Assembly (NCBI GenBank): GCA_021792115.1
Contig: JAJYVI010000001.1
Coordinates: forward strand, 1 to 34,496
Direction: 5' to 3'
DNA from: Candidatus Micrarchaeota archaeon
GTDB lineage: Archaea > Micrarchaeota > Micrarchaeia > Micrarchaeales > Micrarchaeaceae
DNA: 34,496 bases
Position numbers and translations under genes: made by a program. The notes under the pieces were generated by a model. The model was given only the letters and a program-made list of their open reading frames with translations. It was not told where the DNA came from and ran no database searches. This document shows positions 9,145 through 17,254 of this stretch, in pieces. How positions within the stretch are numbered: the stretch's first letter is position 1; each line of letters opens with the position of its first letter.

Positions 9145-9912
9145 ATGCTTTATCTAATAGGACTTGGACTGTCAAAGGGAGACATATCGGCAAAAGCGCT
9201 TGAGATTGCAAAAAAATGCGATGCTGCATATATTGAGAGATATACTGGAAGAATAAGCGACAGCGATGTAAATGAGCTTGCAAAATCTGTTGGCAAGGAA
9301 TTTAGAATTCTCAAAAGGCCATCTTTTGAAGACAATGTAGCTGAGCTGATTTCAGAGGCTATAGAGAAAAATGTGGGCGTATTCATTGAAGGGGATCCGT
9401 TAATTGCAACAACGCACAAAATATTATTCATTGAGGCGAAGGCACAAGATGTTGAAATAAAAGTAGTGCATTCAGTATCTATACTTACCGCTGCAATGGG
9501 AGAAAGCATGCTTGATTTCTACAGGTTCGGCGCTGTATGCACAATTGCGGATTGGAGCGAACATTATAAACCTGTTTCATTCTATGAAACAATTGAAAAG
9601 AACCTTGGTATGAATCTCCATAGCATACTTTTTCTTGACTTTAATGAAAGCGAGCAGGCAAGTCCAGATTTAAGACGGGTAAGTAGTATCTTGAAGTCTG
9701 CTGAGGAGCAATATAATAGAGGAGTTTTGGATCCGAATAAAGAGATAATGATATTGCATAATGTTGAGCTTGATACGCAGAAAAATCTGCTTGTAAAAAT
9801 AAGCGAGCTTGAGGATATAGAGTTAGACAACGGTCCTACGCTTATAATAATCCCTGCAAAGCTAAGTGATATTGAAAATGAGCTTATTAATGCAGTGTAT
9901 AGGCAAAAATAA
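9145..9912 (+). CDS. dph5: Diphthine synthase (SAM-dependent methyltransferase)
   Basis: MLYLIGLGL, YIERYT, GDPLIATTH, LDFYRFG, PVSFYETI, LHSILFLD. Start is 9145 or 9130. Confidence 0.95.
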   Translation: MLYLIGLGLSKGDISAKALEIAKKCDAAYIERYTGRISDSDVNELAKSVGKEFRILKRPSFEDNVAELISEAIEKNVGVFIEGDPLIATTHKILFIEAKAQDVEIKVVHSVSILTAAMGESMLDFYRFGAVCTIADWSEHYKPVSFYETIEKNLGMNLHSILFLDFNESEQASPDLRRVSSILKSAEEQYNRGVLDPNKEIMILHNVELDTQKNLLVKISELEDIELDNGPTLIIIPAKLSDIENELINAVYRQK

Positions 9913-9936
9913 ACATTGCTATAAAAGCGTGAAATA

Positions 9937-11106
9937 ATGCTGCAAATATTTCTTGATGAAAAGACAAAGAGGATATTTGCTACTGATCAGTCAACAATAG
10001 ACATATTGAAAAATGGATTTTTTGGGGAAATAGAGGGTAATAAAATAGTTCTTACTCCTGAAGAGGCACTTTATATGATTGATGTAAGAAAAGCACAATG
10101 TCTTTCACCAAACTCCAAAAAAGAAGTAGAATTTAATGAATTTGAAGAGCTTTTCATAAAGAAAAATAAGATGATGGCAAGGTATTTTACATACAAAGAC
10201 TGGAGAGATAGAGGCATAATGATAAAAGATTTTAAGTCAATAAAATCAGATGTAAAGCGCTCCAAGGCAAAGGTGCCTATAAAAATTTACCCCTCTTCAG
10301 CAACAAAACTCAATGCATACTCATTAGCCGGCATTTTCTTCCCTGATGATTTAATATGCATAGTCAGTGGAGAAGATGGAAAAAAAATTTATTTAGAAAA
10401 CTGGTTCGGGCAATACGGAACATATAAACTAAGCGAGAGAGGGATATTAAACAAGCTTGACATATATGAGACACTCTATTTAATAGAAAAGAAGGTCCTT
10501 ACTGTAAAGAACTTTACGCAGGAGCAGATATCACGAGCTGCTGAAAAAAGGAGACATGATTTTAAAAAATTGTATCTTGTTTACAAAGACTGGAGAGACA
10601 AAGGATATGTTGTAAAGACAGGATTCAAATTTGGAACGCATTTCAGAATATACTTTCCTGGTGCAAAACCTATAAAAGATGAGCAATGGATGCATTCTAA
10701 GCATGTTATACAGGTATTCCCAAGGGATACAAAACTATTGATATCAGAATGGGCAAGAGCAATAAGAGTAGCTCATTCTGTACGCAAGACATTCATACTT
10801 GCAATTCCTGGAAAAACCAGGAACAAAAAAATGAAGATAGATTTCGTGCTTTACCATAGGAAAAATGGAAATATAGAATTGCCAGGCACAGATACGCCAA
10901 GGCTTGGAATGTTATCGCTTAGCGAGGACGAAGTAATAGGTGGGAGCGAGCTTTCGGCAATGATAAATGAGGCAAAAGAGAATAAATTAGAGCTGATAAT
11001 AGCCATAAGCGACAGAGAGACAGCTGTTACATATTATAAAGTGAGAAGAATTATCCTGCCAAAGAGCGAATATGAATACTATGAAATAGACTGGATGCAA
11101 CCGTGA
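9937..11106 (+). CDS. endA: tRNA splicing endonuclease, three-unit epsilon2 (ARMAN) type
   Basis: 389 aa with a duplicated YKDWRD[RK]G unit. Catalytic unit KTGFKFGTHFRIY (Tyr), HSKH (His), HSVRK (Lys). GQYGTYK loop insertion. C-terminal EIDWMQP. Confidence 0.93.
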   Translation: MLQIFLDEKTKRIFATDQSTIDILKNGFFGEIEGNKIVLTPEEALYMIDVRKAQCLSPNSKKEVEFNEFEELFIKKNKMMARYFTYKDWRDRGIMIKDFKSIKSDVKRSKAKVPIKIYPSSATKLNAYSLAGIFFPDDLICIVSGEDGKKIYLENWFGQYGTYKLSERGILNKLDIYETLYLIEKKVLTVKNFTQEQISRAAEKRRHDFKKLYLVYKDWRDKGYVVKTGFKFGTHFRIYFPGAKPIKDEQWMHSKHVIQVFPRDTKLLISEWARAIRVAHSVRKTFILAIPGKTRNKKMKIDFVLYHRKNGNIELPGTDTPRLGMLSLSEDEVIGGSELSAMINEAKENKLELIIAISDRETAVTYYKVRRIILPKSEYEYYEIDWMQP

Positions 11107-11118
11107 TGCAAAAATATA

Positions 11119-11583
11119 TTAGATATCGACTACTACTGTTGTACTGAAAAAATTCGTCTTAGCTGTTTTTTTCTTATTAGAAACCTTGAGCGCATACTTA
11201 GATATTCCCTTTACCTCTAATTTAAAGTATTGCCCTGTCCTTTTTTTTGATAATACAACTGATGAGAGGGCATATTTAGTGTTCCTGCCAGGTATAATTT
11301 TTATTTTTAGTAGATAGATATCAAAGCCAAACCTGTCTTTTGCATCGAGAATTGAAAGGCAGCTCTGCAGGAACTGCCAGAGAAGGTTTTCAAGCGTGTA
11401 TGCCTCCTCTTTTATAATTATTTTATAAGTCCTTGACTTCTCTGTCTTTACTTTTTTAATATCTGAAATAATATCAAAAAGAGCAAGGGCAGAATTTTTG
11501 AAGGCTTCTTCAGCAGATCCGCCGAATGCATTGAACTCTATGTCTGCTGTGTGATCAACATATTCATATTTTTTCCCACGCAT
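11119..11583 (-). CDS. Archease (RtcB tRNA-ligase cofactor)
   Basis: YEYVDHTADI N-terminal motif, EVKGIS, C-terminal VVDI. Confidence 0.93.
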   Translation of the reverse strand: MRGKKYEYVDHTADIEFNAFGGSAEEAFKNSALALFDIISDIKKVKTEKSRTYKIIIKEEAYTLENLLWQFLQSCLSILDAKDRFGFDIYLLKIKIIPGRNTKYALSSVVLSKKRTGQYFKLEVKGISKYALKVSNKKKTAKTNFFSTTVVVDI

Positions 11584-11893
11584 AAACTCATTTATTATTT
11601 TGAATTTTTGTTTTATTTTTGTATTATTTGTATTTTATTTGTACTATTATTATTTCAAGTATTAAGATTATTTTAATATTTCAAACAAAATCAGTATAAA
11701 ATATATAATAAAATATAAAATAGATAAATGCAATACTAGAGCAAACAACAACAATGATCCAAAGTATGGATAAAATAAAGGTAAAGGATATATAATATGA
11801 TTCCGTATTATATTTGTCCTATGATGACAAGAGTAACTACTGAATAATGATGATGCCCATTTCGACTGAGGACAATTATTTTGATGTGAAATA

Positions 11894-13516
11894 ATGACTG
11901 CAAAGCACCTAAAAGAAAAAAATAAAATGAAAATAAAAATAAATGAGAAGGTACAGACAAAGCAACATACAACAGTGCAAGAAAATAATAAAGGCAGTAA
12001 TAAGCTGCTTGGAATGCTTGTAGTAATTGCAGCATTTGGCATAGGCTCTTACAAGATTATATCTTCAACAGGCCTTAGCATACAAGATACAAATCCTTCA
12101 AGTTATATCATTGCAGTAATGCTTATGATTTTCCTTTTTCTTATATTTTCACTTAAAGAGAAGCTTGAATTTAAGCCGTCTGCAAGAAATATATTATTTG
12201 GAAGTGTTATACTTGCCATATATACAATCACAGTATCTTATCTAAAAGTAGCAACATCATTTATATTTTATCTTTATAGAATAGATGCACTCTTATTACC
12301 TATTTTCCTTTCAGCTCTAATACTTGTTATTTTTGGAATTGATGGAATTAAAAAGCTAAAATATGTTATAGTATACAGTGCTTTTGCATCGCCAATACTG
12401 CTTCTGCCTTTGCTTAATATAAATAGCCTTTTTACATTAGTCAATGCAAAATTCGTATTCTACATGCTTAGGATTATGCAAATCCCTGTTTCAAGCTCAG
12501 GCATAATGATTTCATTAGCATCAAATCCTGCAGCATCTATAATAATAGGTCAAACATGCACGGACATAGGTGCATTTATTGCGTTAGCTGCATTTCTACT
12601 GCCTATTGCATATTTATTTGATGGAAAGTTGAAAAGTAAGGTTCTATTTGTAATTATAGGCATTATTGCACTTGCAATTCTAAATGTAGCAAGAATGCTT
12701 ACAATAGCCTTTTCATGGTTTTATTATGGAATTTCAAATGCGCTTATGCTATTTCATGCATCTTCTGGTCCGATATTATTCTATGTTATACTAGCTGTAA
12801 TGATTATATTTTCATACAAGCTTGATTTATATGTACCAAAAATGAAGTATAATGAGATTGCAGTATCTGGTAAAAAGTATTTGCTGTCTGTGCATATATT
12901 AATTGCATTTGCTTTTGGGATTTTTAGCCTTGTTTTATTATCATCAAATGCAAACATAGGAATTCAACCAATGCATTTTAAAAACATACAAAATTCTACC
13001 AACAACCAGATAAATATGTCTACAGAAACTGAGATATTAAGTGTACTTAATGCGCATAACATTAAAGCTACACAGATAGGAATTATCAAGCTTAATAATA
13101 TAACAGGATTAGACATTGCACTAAATGGCAACTCAACAGCAGAAATAAATAATACCTATGTATTTCTGTCTACATCAAAAATAATTCCATCTCTTGTAAA
13201 GTCCGGATATCAATATGATCAATATAAATATATACTTAGAAATGGGATATCAGTTAATAACGAAGTTCTAAAAACATCTAATTATAGTCTTAGCATATCT
13301 GAATTTTCAGCACCAATAAATGCAAGCGGGACATACATACCTATTGACTTTTTAGTATTTGAAAATTACAGCTCTGCAAGATTTTGCCGCATAGACTATC
13401 AAAAAATAGGGTTGTCAAACTTTTTTGAATCAGAAATCTATAACATAATAAGGAGAAATAAAGTTAATAGTACTGCTCCATGCATTCCATATGTATTGGC
13501 TTCTATTTTTAAGTGA
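11894..13516 (+). CDS. Exosortase/archaeosortase-family transpeptidase with a C-terminal extracellular domain
   Basis: About 9 TM segments. Cys-Arg-His triad context: IIIGQTCTDIG, LNVARML, LFHASSG. Exosortase-like IPVSSSGIMISL segment. About 190-aa Asn-rich soluble C-terminal domain. Confidence 0.85.
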   Translation: MTAKHLKEKNKMKIKINEKVQTKQHTTVQENNKGSNKLLGMLVVIAAFGIGSYKIISSTGLSIQDTNPSSYIIAVMLMIFLFLIFSLKEKLEFKPSARNILFGSVILAIYTITVSYLKVATSFIFYLYRIDALLLPIFLSALILVIFGIDGIKKLKYVIVYSAFASPILLLPLLNINSLFTLVNAKFVFYMLRIMQIPVSSSGIMISLASNPAASIIIGQTCTDIGAFIALAAFLLPIAYLFDGKLKSKVLFVIIGIIALAILNVARMLTIAFSWFYYGISNALMLFHASSGPILFYVILAVMIIFSYKLDLYVPKMKYNEIAVSGKKYLLSVHILIAFAFGIFSLVLLSSNANIGIQPMHFKNIQNSTNNQINMSTETEILSVLNAHNIKATQIGIIKLNNITGLDIALNGNSTAEINNTYVFLSTSKIIPSLVKSGYQYDQYKYILRNGISVNNEVLKTSNYSLSISEFSAPINASGTYIPIDFLVFENYSSARFCRIDYQKIGLSNFFESEIYNIIRRNKVNSTAPCIPYVLASIFK

Positions 13517-13582
13517 TTAACTCTTATGCTCTAATAAATTTATAGTCCTACCCATCAGCTATGTCTGCCTGTTGTTTGTTTT

Positions 13583-16500
13583 TTATGTAATAAAAATGCA
13601 TTTGCCTTTTTTAGATGCATAATTATTACAAGTAAGAAATATTATTATAACTAAAAGTATAGCAAATAGGACTATAATGGCTATTAATATTATTTGAACA
13701 TGCGACATAGCTGATGATAATGATAAGATGCTGCCTGTGTGCCCTGTGCTTTGTGAAGCGAGTGATGAAATAATAAGAGTATTTGCCACAGAATTTGCTG
13801 GCAGCTCTGTAGATATTGGTATCACATTTGAAGTTGAATTAATCTGCTTTTGGATAATATTAGAACTTATCGAATTTATTGCCGCAGTTAAGTTATTTTT
13901 TATAATTAGAATATTTGCAGAGGATATTTTTGTTGTTATATTGCTAAGACTTGGAGATGTAAAAGTAGGATTCTTTGAAAATATTCCTATTATTGGATCA
14001 CTTGGTACTAAAAATGAGACTGTACATGTTTGGGGATTCTGCACAGAAGCTATTTTTGACCATATCTTATTTACAAGCCTGAATACAGATATATTTGAAA
14101 TATTGCAAGGATATACAAATAGGCCATTTGTTGTTATATTCTGCTCTGTAGAAAAATTAAATGCTATGAGTTTTTTGTAGGTTCTATTTGTAATATTTTG
14201 TACAGATAGAGTTACATTTTTTATGCTTACTTTTACCTCCTTCCCTGTCCTGTTGTTTGACGTTAATTTGAATATTATATGCTCATTTGTGAAATTTATT
14301 GTAAATGGCACTGTTGAAATATTAAGGTAGTTTGAGTAAACAGAATTTGAAACAGTTATATTATGATATACTTTTAGATGGATTATTGGAGTTATTATAG
14401 TGGAATGAGGAGGTAGGCCTGATGCAGGCTGCTGCACAATAAGAGTCTCTGTTATTGAATTACCAGTGTAGTTTGCATTGCCAGAATTTGAGAAAGTGAG
14501 AATATAAGTTCCTGGAAGACCTTGTGTAGACCATGATGCTTGTGAAGATGTTGTAGAATAAAGTGCACCATTGACATATAATTTCCATGCAGACTGGTTG
14601 TTTAGTGTCTTCGTTCCTGTAAATGAGAATGTATCCCTTGTATAATATGGGCTTCCATATTGCCCATTGGAATTTGTGCCTGCTGCCCCAGAGGAATTCG
14701 AAAAAGAGTATAACGGGGCTGGAAGGGAATTTGAAATAACTGTTATATTTATTGGATCGTTATAAGGATATGGTGTTGTTGTGCCTATATCATTTGCAAG
14801 GAGATAAAGGATATAGTTTCCTACAGAGAAATAACCTCCTAAGGTCCGACTATTTTCTGCAATTATGCTGTTTGCTGCAGTTGATGTTGATGAAGCAAAA
14901 CTTGCAATTTGATTTTCTGAAAATACCTGGATGCCAGAGGGATCTGTTATTATCCAATTGTATGAAAATGGGCCTGTTCCTCCAACAGTATTTGCAGAAA
15001 TTGAAGGCAACACACCGTATATAACTGATAGTGGTTGTGAGGAACTTAGGGCATTGCTTAGATTTGCGTTTTGAATAGAATTAAGCGAAAGAATAGGCGC
15101 AGAATTAACTGTGATTGAAATCGTAATAGAATTTATAGGAGTTTCATATGTTGTAATAGAATCAAATAAAATACCATTAAACTGAATTGTATTTGATGAT
15201 ATTGAATTTACTATAAATGATATGGAATTATAATCCTCATTAGAAGGTATTATCACATTACTGCCCATTTGCCTGTTTCCTGTCACATTCCATAGCATTG
15301 CATTGAATGGTCCAGTGCCTTCTGTATCTGTTGTAAAATTTATTGTTTCAATCTGGCCTGAATCAAGCAAAGCGTTTGTTGCTGATATAAATATGCTAGG
15401 TGCTGCCTTCACTGTAAGGTAATCTGTCATAGAATATGCAGTTGTAGTAGATGTTGCTGAGTCTATTATGATATAACAATAATAGGCATTGATATATAAT
15501 GGAGGTGTTGTATAAATTTGAGAGGTTGCACCGTTTATAAGTGTATCTGATATAGAGCAGTTTCCTGCTGAGGGAGCAGTATACCACTGATAGGTATAAG
15601 GTGCTGTTCCACCTACTGGGTTGGCAGTAAGAGTAATAGAATAGCCCTTGTCTATAATAGGCGTAAGGGGTTCTACCGCAGCCGCATTTAATTCGTTGTT
15701 TACAATGATTGTGTTCTGCAATGAATTAAAAATAAATGGTTGAGCAGTTCCAGTGTCATATGCAATTGCATTGAATTCAAATACATTTGCAGAAGTCAAG
15801 GAATTAACTATGAATGAGACTACATTGCTTCCACTTAGCTGTATTATTACATTACTGCCCATTTGCCTGTTTCCTGTCACATTCCATAGCATTGCATTGA
15901 ATGGCCCTGTTCCATTTGAAACACTTAATACATAAGTTTCTATCTGGTTTGAATCAAGCAAAATATTACTTGGAGATAAATATATTATTGGTGCAGGATT
16001 CACTGTTATTACTGGTGTTGCTACTGTATAACTTTCTGGAGTTGTGGCAGAATCTGTTATTGTTGCAGAAAATTCACACGTCGCAGATGATGCTGTAGAT
16101 GGATAATATATAAAAGAGGTAACATTACCAGGACTGCTGAATCCAGGGCAAGAATATCCATTTGCAATTGACCAGGAATAGGTATACGGTGATGTACCTG
16201 TTGTTGGTATGCTTATACTTATAGGATAGGACTGCCCTGAATCAATAGTCACTATAGATAACGGGGATGTAATTGATGTTGGGGTAAGAGCAGAATTTAT
16301 AACAATATTATAATTGTAGCTATCTGGCAAGGCATTTATAGTTATAGAAGATGGTGGGCGCGGAGGCGGAGGCGGATGGGGAGGCGGATGGGGAGGCGAA
16401 TCTTTCTCATAAATTCTAACGCTATAATTACCTGCAATATTAGTAAAATTGAAATTAAGCACGCTGCTTGGCGATGAAGACAATGTTTGGGGCAGAGCAT

Positions 16501-16903
16501 TTGAAGATATAGAGTTATAGATTAATACATTCATTACTGTTGCCTGCATTGCATTTATACTGAATCCAATAGTGTTATATGCAAGTACAGTTAATGAACT
16601 GTTGTAACTTCTAGTTCCATTATAAATAGATATATATGCAGAATATGGTAGGTAGCTGGATCCTGAAATTGCGTTTGCAAATTCTATTGTTGTAATTTGA
16701 CCTATGTCAAGTACAGTGTTTGAAACAAATGAGGTGCAAATTGTATTTGTAACTCCAGGAGCTAAAGAGGATGAAACTGGCGGAGGACATTGGCCAGAAA
16801 ATGGATTATTAGTACTATATGTGCTTGAAAATTGACTGATACTAAGCGCAAATAAAATTAAAATTATTTTAAATATTTTAACTATTCCGCATACCCCCAC
16901 CAC
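13583..16903 (-). CDS. Large Ser/Thr/Asn-rich cell-surface glycoprotein with Ig/PKD-like repeats and a C-terminal TM anchor
   Basis: N-terminal signal-like hydrophobic stretch and ~100-aa repeats (D[SK]GQ...GTxP[YF]xxxW). Many N-x-S/T sequons. C-terminal TM IILIAIIVLFAILLVIIIFL followed by KKGK. The start codon is uncertain. Confidence 0.85.
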   Translation of the reverse strand: MVGVCGIVKIFKIILILFALSISQFSSTYSTNNPFSGQCPPPVSSSLAPGVTNTICTSFVSNTVLDIGQITTIEFANAISGSSYLPYSAYISIYNGTRSYNSSLTVLAYNTIGFSINAMQATVMNVLIYNSISSNALPQTLSSSPSSVLNFNFTNIAGNYSVRIYEKDSPPHPPPHPPPPPRPPSSITINALPDSYNYNIVINSALTPTSITSPLSIVTIDSGQSYPISISIPTTGTSPYTYSWSIANGYSCPGFSSPGNVTSFIYYPSTASSATCEFSATITDSATTPESYTVATPVITVNPAPIIYLSPSNILLDSNQIETYVLSVSNGTGPFNAMLWNVTGNRQMGSNVIIQLSGSNVVSFIVNSLTSANVFEFNAIAYDTGTAQPFIFNSLQNTIIVNNELNAAAVEPLTPIIDKGYSITLTANPVGGTAPYTYQWYTAPSAGNCSISDTLINGATSQIYTTPPLYINAYYCYIIIDSATSTTTAYSMTDYLTVKAAPSIFISATNALLDSGQIETINFTTDTEGTGPFNAMLWNVTGNRQMGSNVIIPSNEDYNSISFIVNSISSNTIQFNGILFDSITTYETPINSITISITVNSAPILSLNSIQNANLSNALSSSQPLSVIYGVLPSISANTVGGTGPFSYNWIITDPSGIQVFSENQIASFASSTSTAANSIIAENSRTLGGYFSVGNYILYLLANDIGTTTPYPYNDPINITVISNSLPAPLYSFSNSSGAAGTNSNGQYGSPYYTRDTFSFTGTKTLNNQSAWKLYVNGALYSTTSSQASWSTQGLPGTYILTFSNSGNANYTGNSITETLIVQQPASGLPPHSTIITPIIHLKVYHNITVSNSVYSNYLNISTVPFTINFTNEHIIFKLTSNNRTGKEVKVSIKNVTLSVQNITNRTYKKLIAFNFSTEQNITTNGLFVYPCNISNISVFRLVNKIWSKIASVQNPQTCTVSFLVPSDPIIGIFSKNPTFTSPSLSNITTKISSANILIIKNNLTAAINSISSNIIQKQINSTSNVIPISTELPANSVANTLIISSLASQSTGHTGSILSLSSAMSHVQIILIAIIVLFAILLVIIIFLTCNNYASKKGKCIFIT
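15255..15904. repeat. 56-bp exact direct repeat inside the surface-protein gene (15255-15310 and 15849-15904)
   Basis: ACATTACTGCCCATTTGCCTGTTTCCTGTCACATTCCATAGCATTGCATTGAATGG occurs twice, 594 bp (198 codons) apart. It encodes PFNAMLWNVTGNRQMGSNV. Confidence 0.95.
16353..16398 (-). repeat. GC-rich 12-bp tandem repeat encoding a Pro/His linker
   Basis: GGAGGCGGATGG at 16368-16379 and 16380-16391, plus partial copies. Encodes SPPHPPPHPPPPPRPP. Confidence 0.9.
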
Positions 16904-17093
16904 ATCTTTGCGCCTAAAAAATCATAGGTGCTAAATAAAGACATGGAACTTATCTCACACAACTTAATTTTCCCAACTTCCTTCTTAATAATTAATATTA
17001 GAAGTAAAACTATTTAATAATTAGTATTTAGTTAATGTTTTATAAAATAATTTCTAATTTGTAATGCTACGTAATAGTTTATATATATAATAA

Positions 17094-17128
17094 GTGACAT
17101 CCTCCCACCCGTAAATGGTGTGGGATTT
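17094..17128 (-). mobile_element. Orphan IS200/IS605-family right-end hairpin (no tnpA/tnpB)
   Basis: Minus strand reads AAATCCCACACCATTTACGGGTGGGAGGATGTCAC: an imperfect hairpin followed by GGATG-TCAC. This is the architecture of IS200/IS605 right ends, which terminate in TCAA/TCAC. Confidence 0.75.
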
Positions 17129-17254
17129 ATCGCTATGTAGAGTTAAGTAATAATTAGAGCTTAGCTATAACATAGATTAGATTATAGCGCATAGTACATA
17201 AGTAGGTAGATAGTAGTTGCACTGGCACATTGATATACTATGCATTATACTTTA

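Noticed and set aside
11668..12042. Minus-strand hydrophobic ORFs upstream of archease
   Set aside because: They are antisense shadows of A-rich sequence overlapping the exosortase start, with no recognisable motifs.
13583..13610. C-terminal KCIFIT as a CaaX prenylation motif
   Set aside because: The Cys is fifth from the end, not fourth, and no prenyltransferase is evident.
15255..15904. 56-bp repeat pair as a CRISPR array or a DGR template/variable repeat
   Set aside because: Only two copies, 594 bp apart and both in frame in one gene. The flanking mismatches are synonymous, and there is no cas or reverse transcriptase gene in the window.
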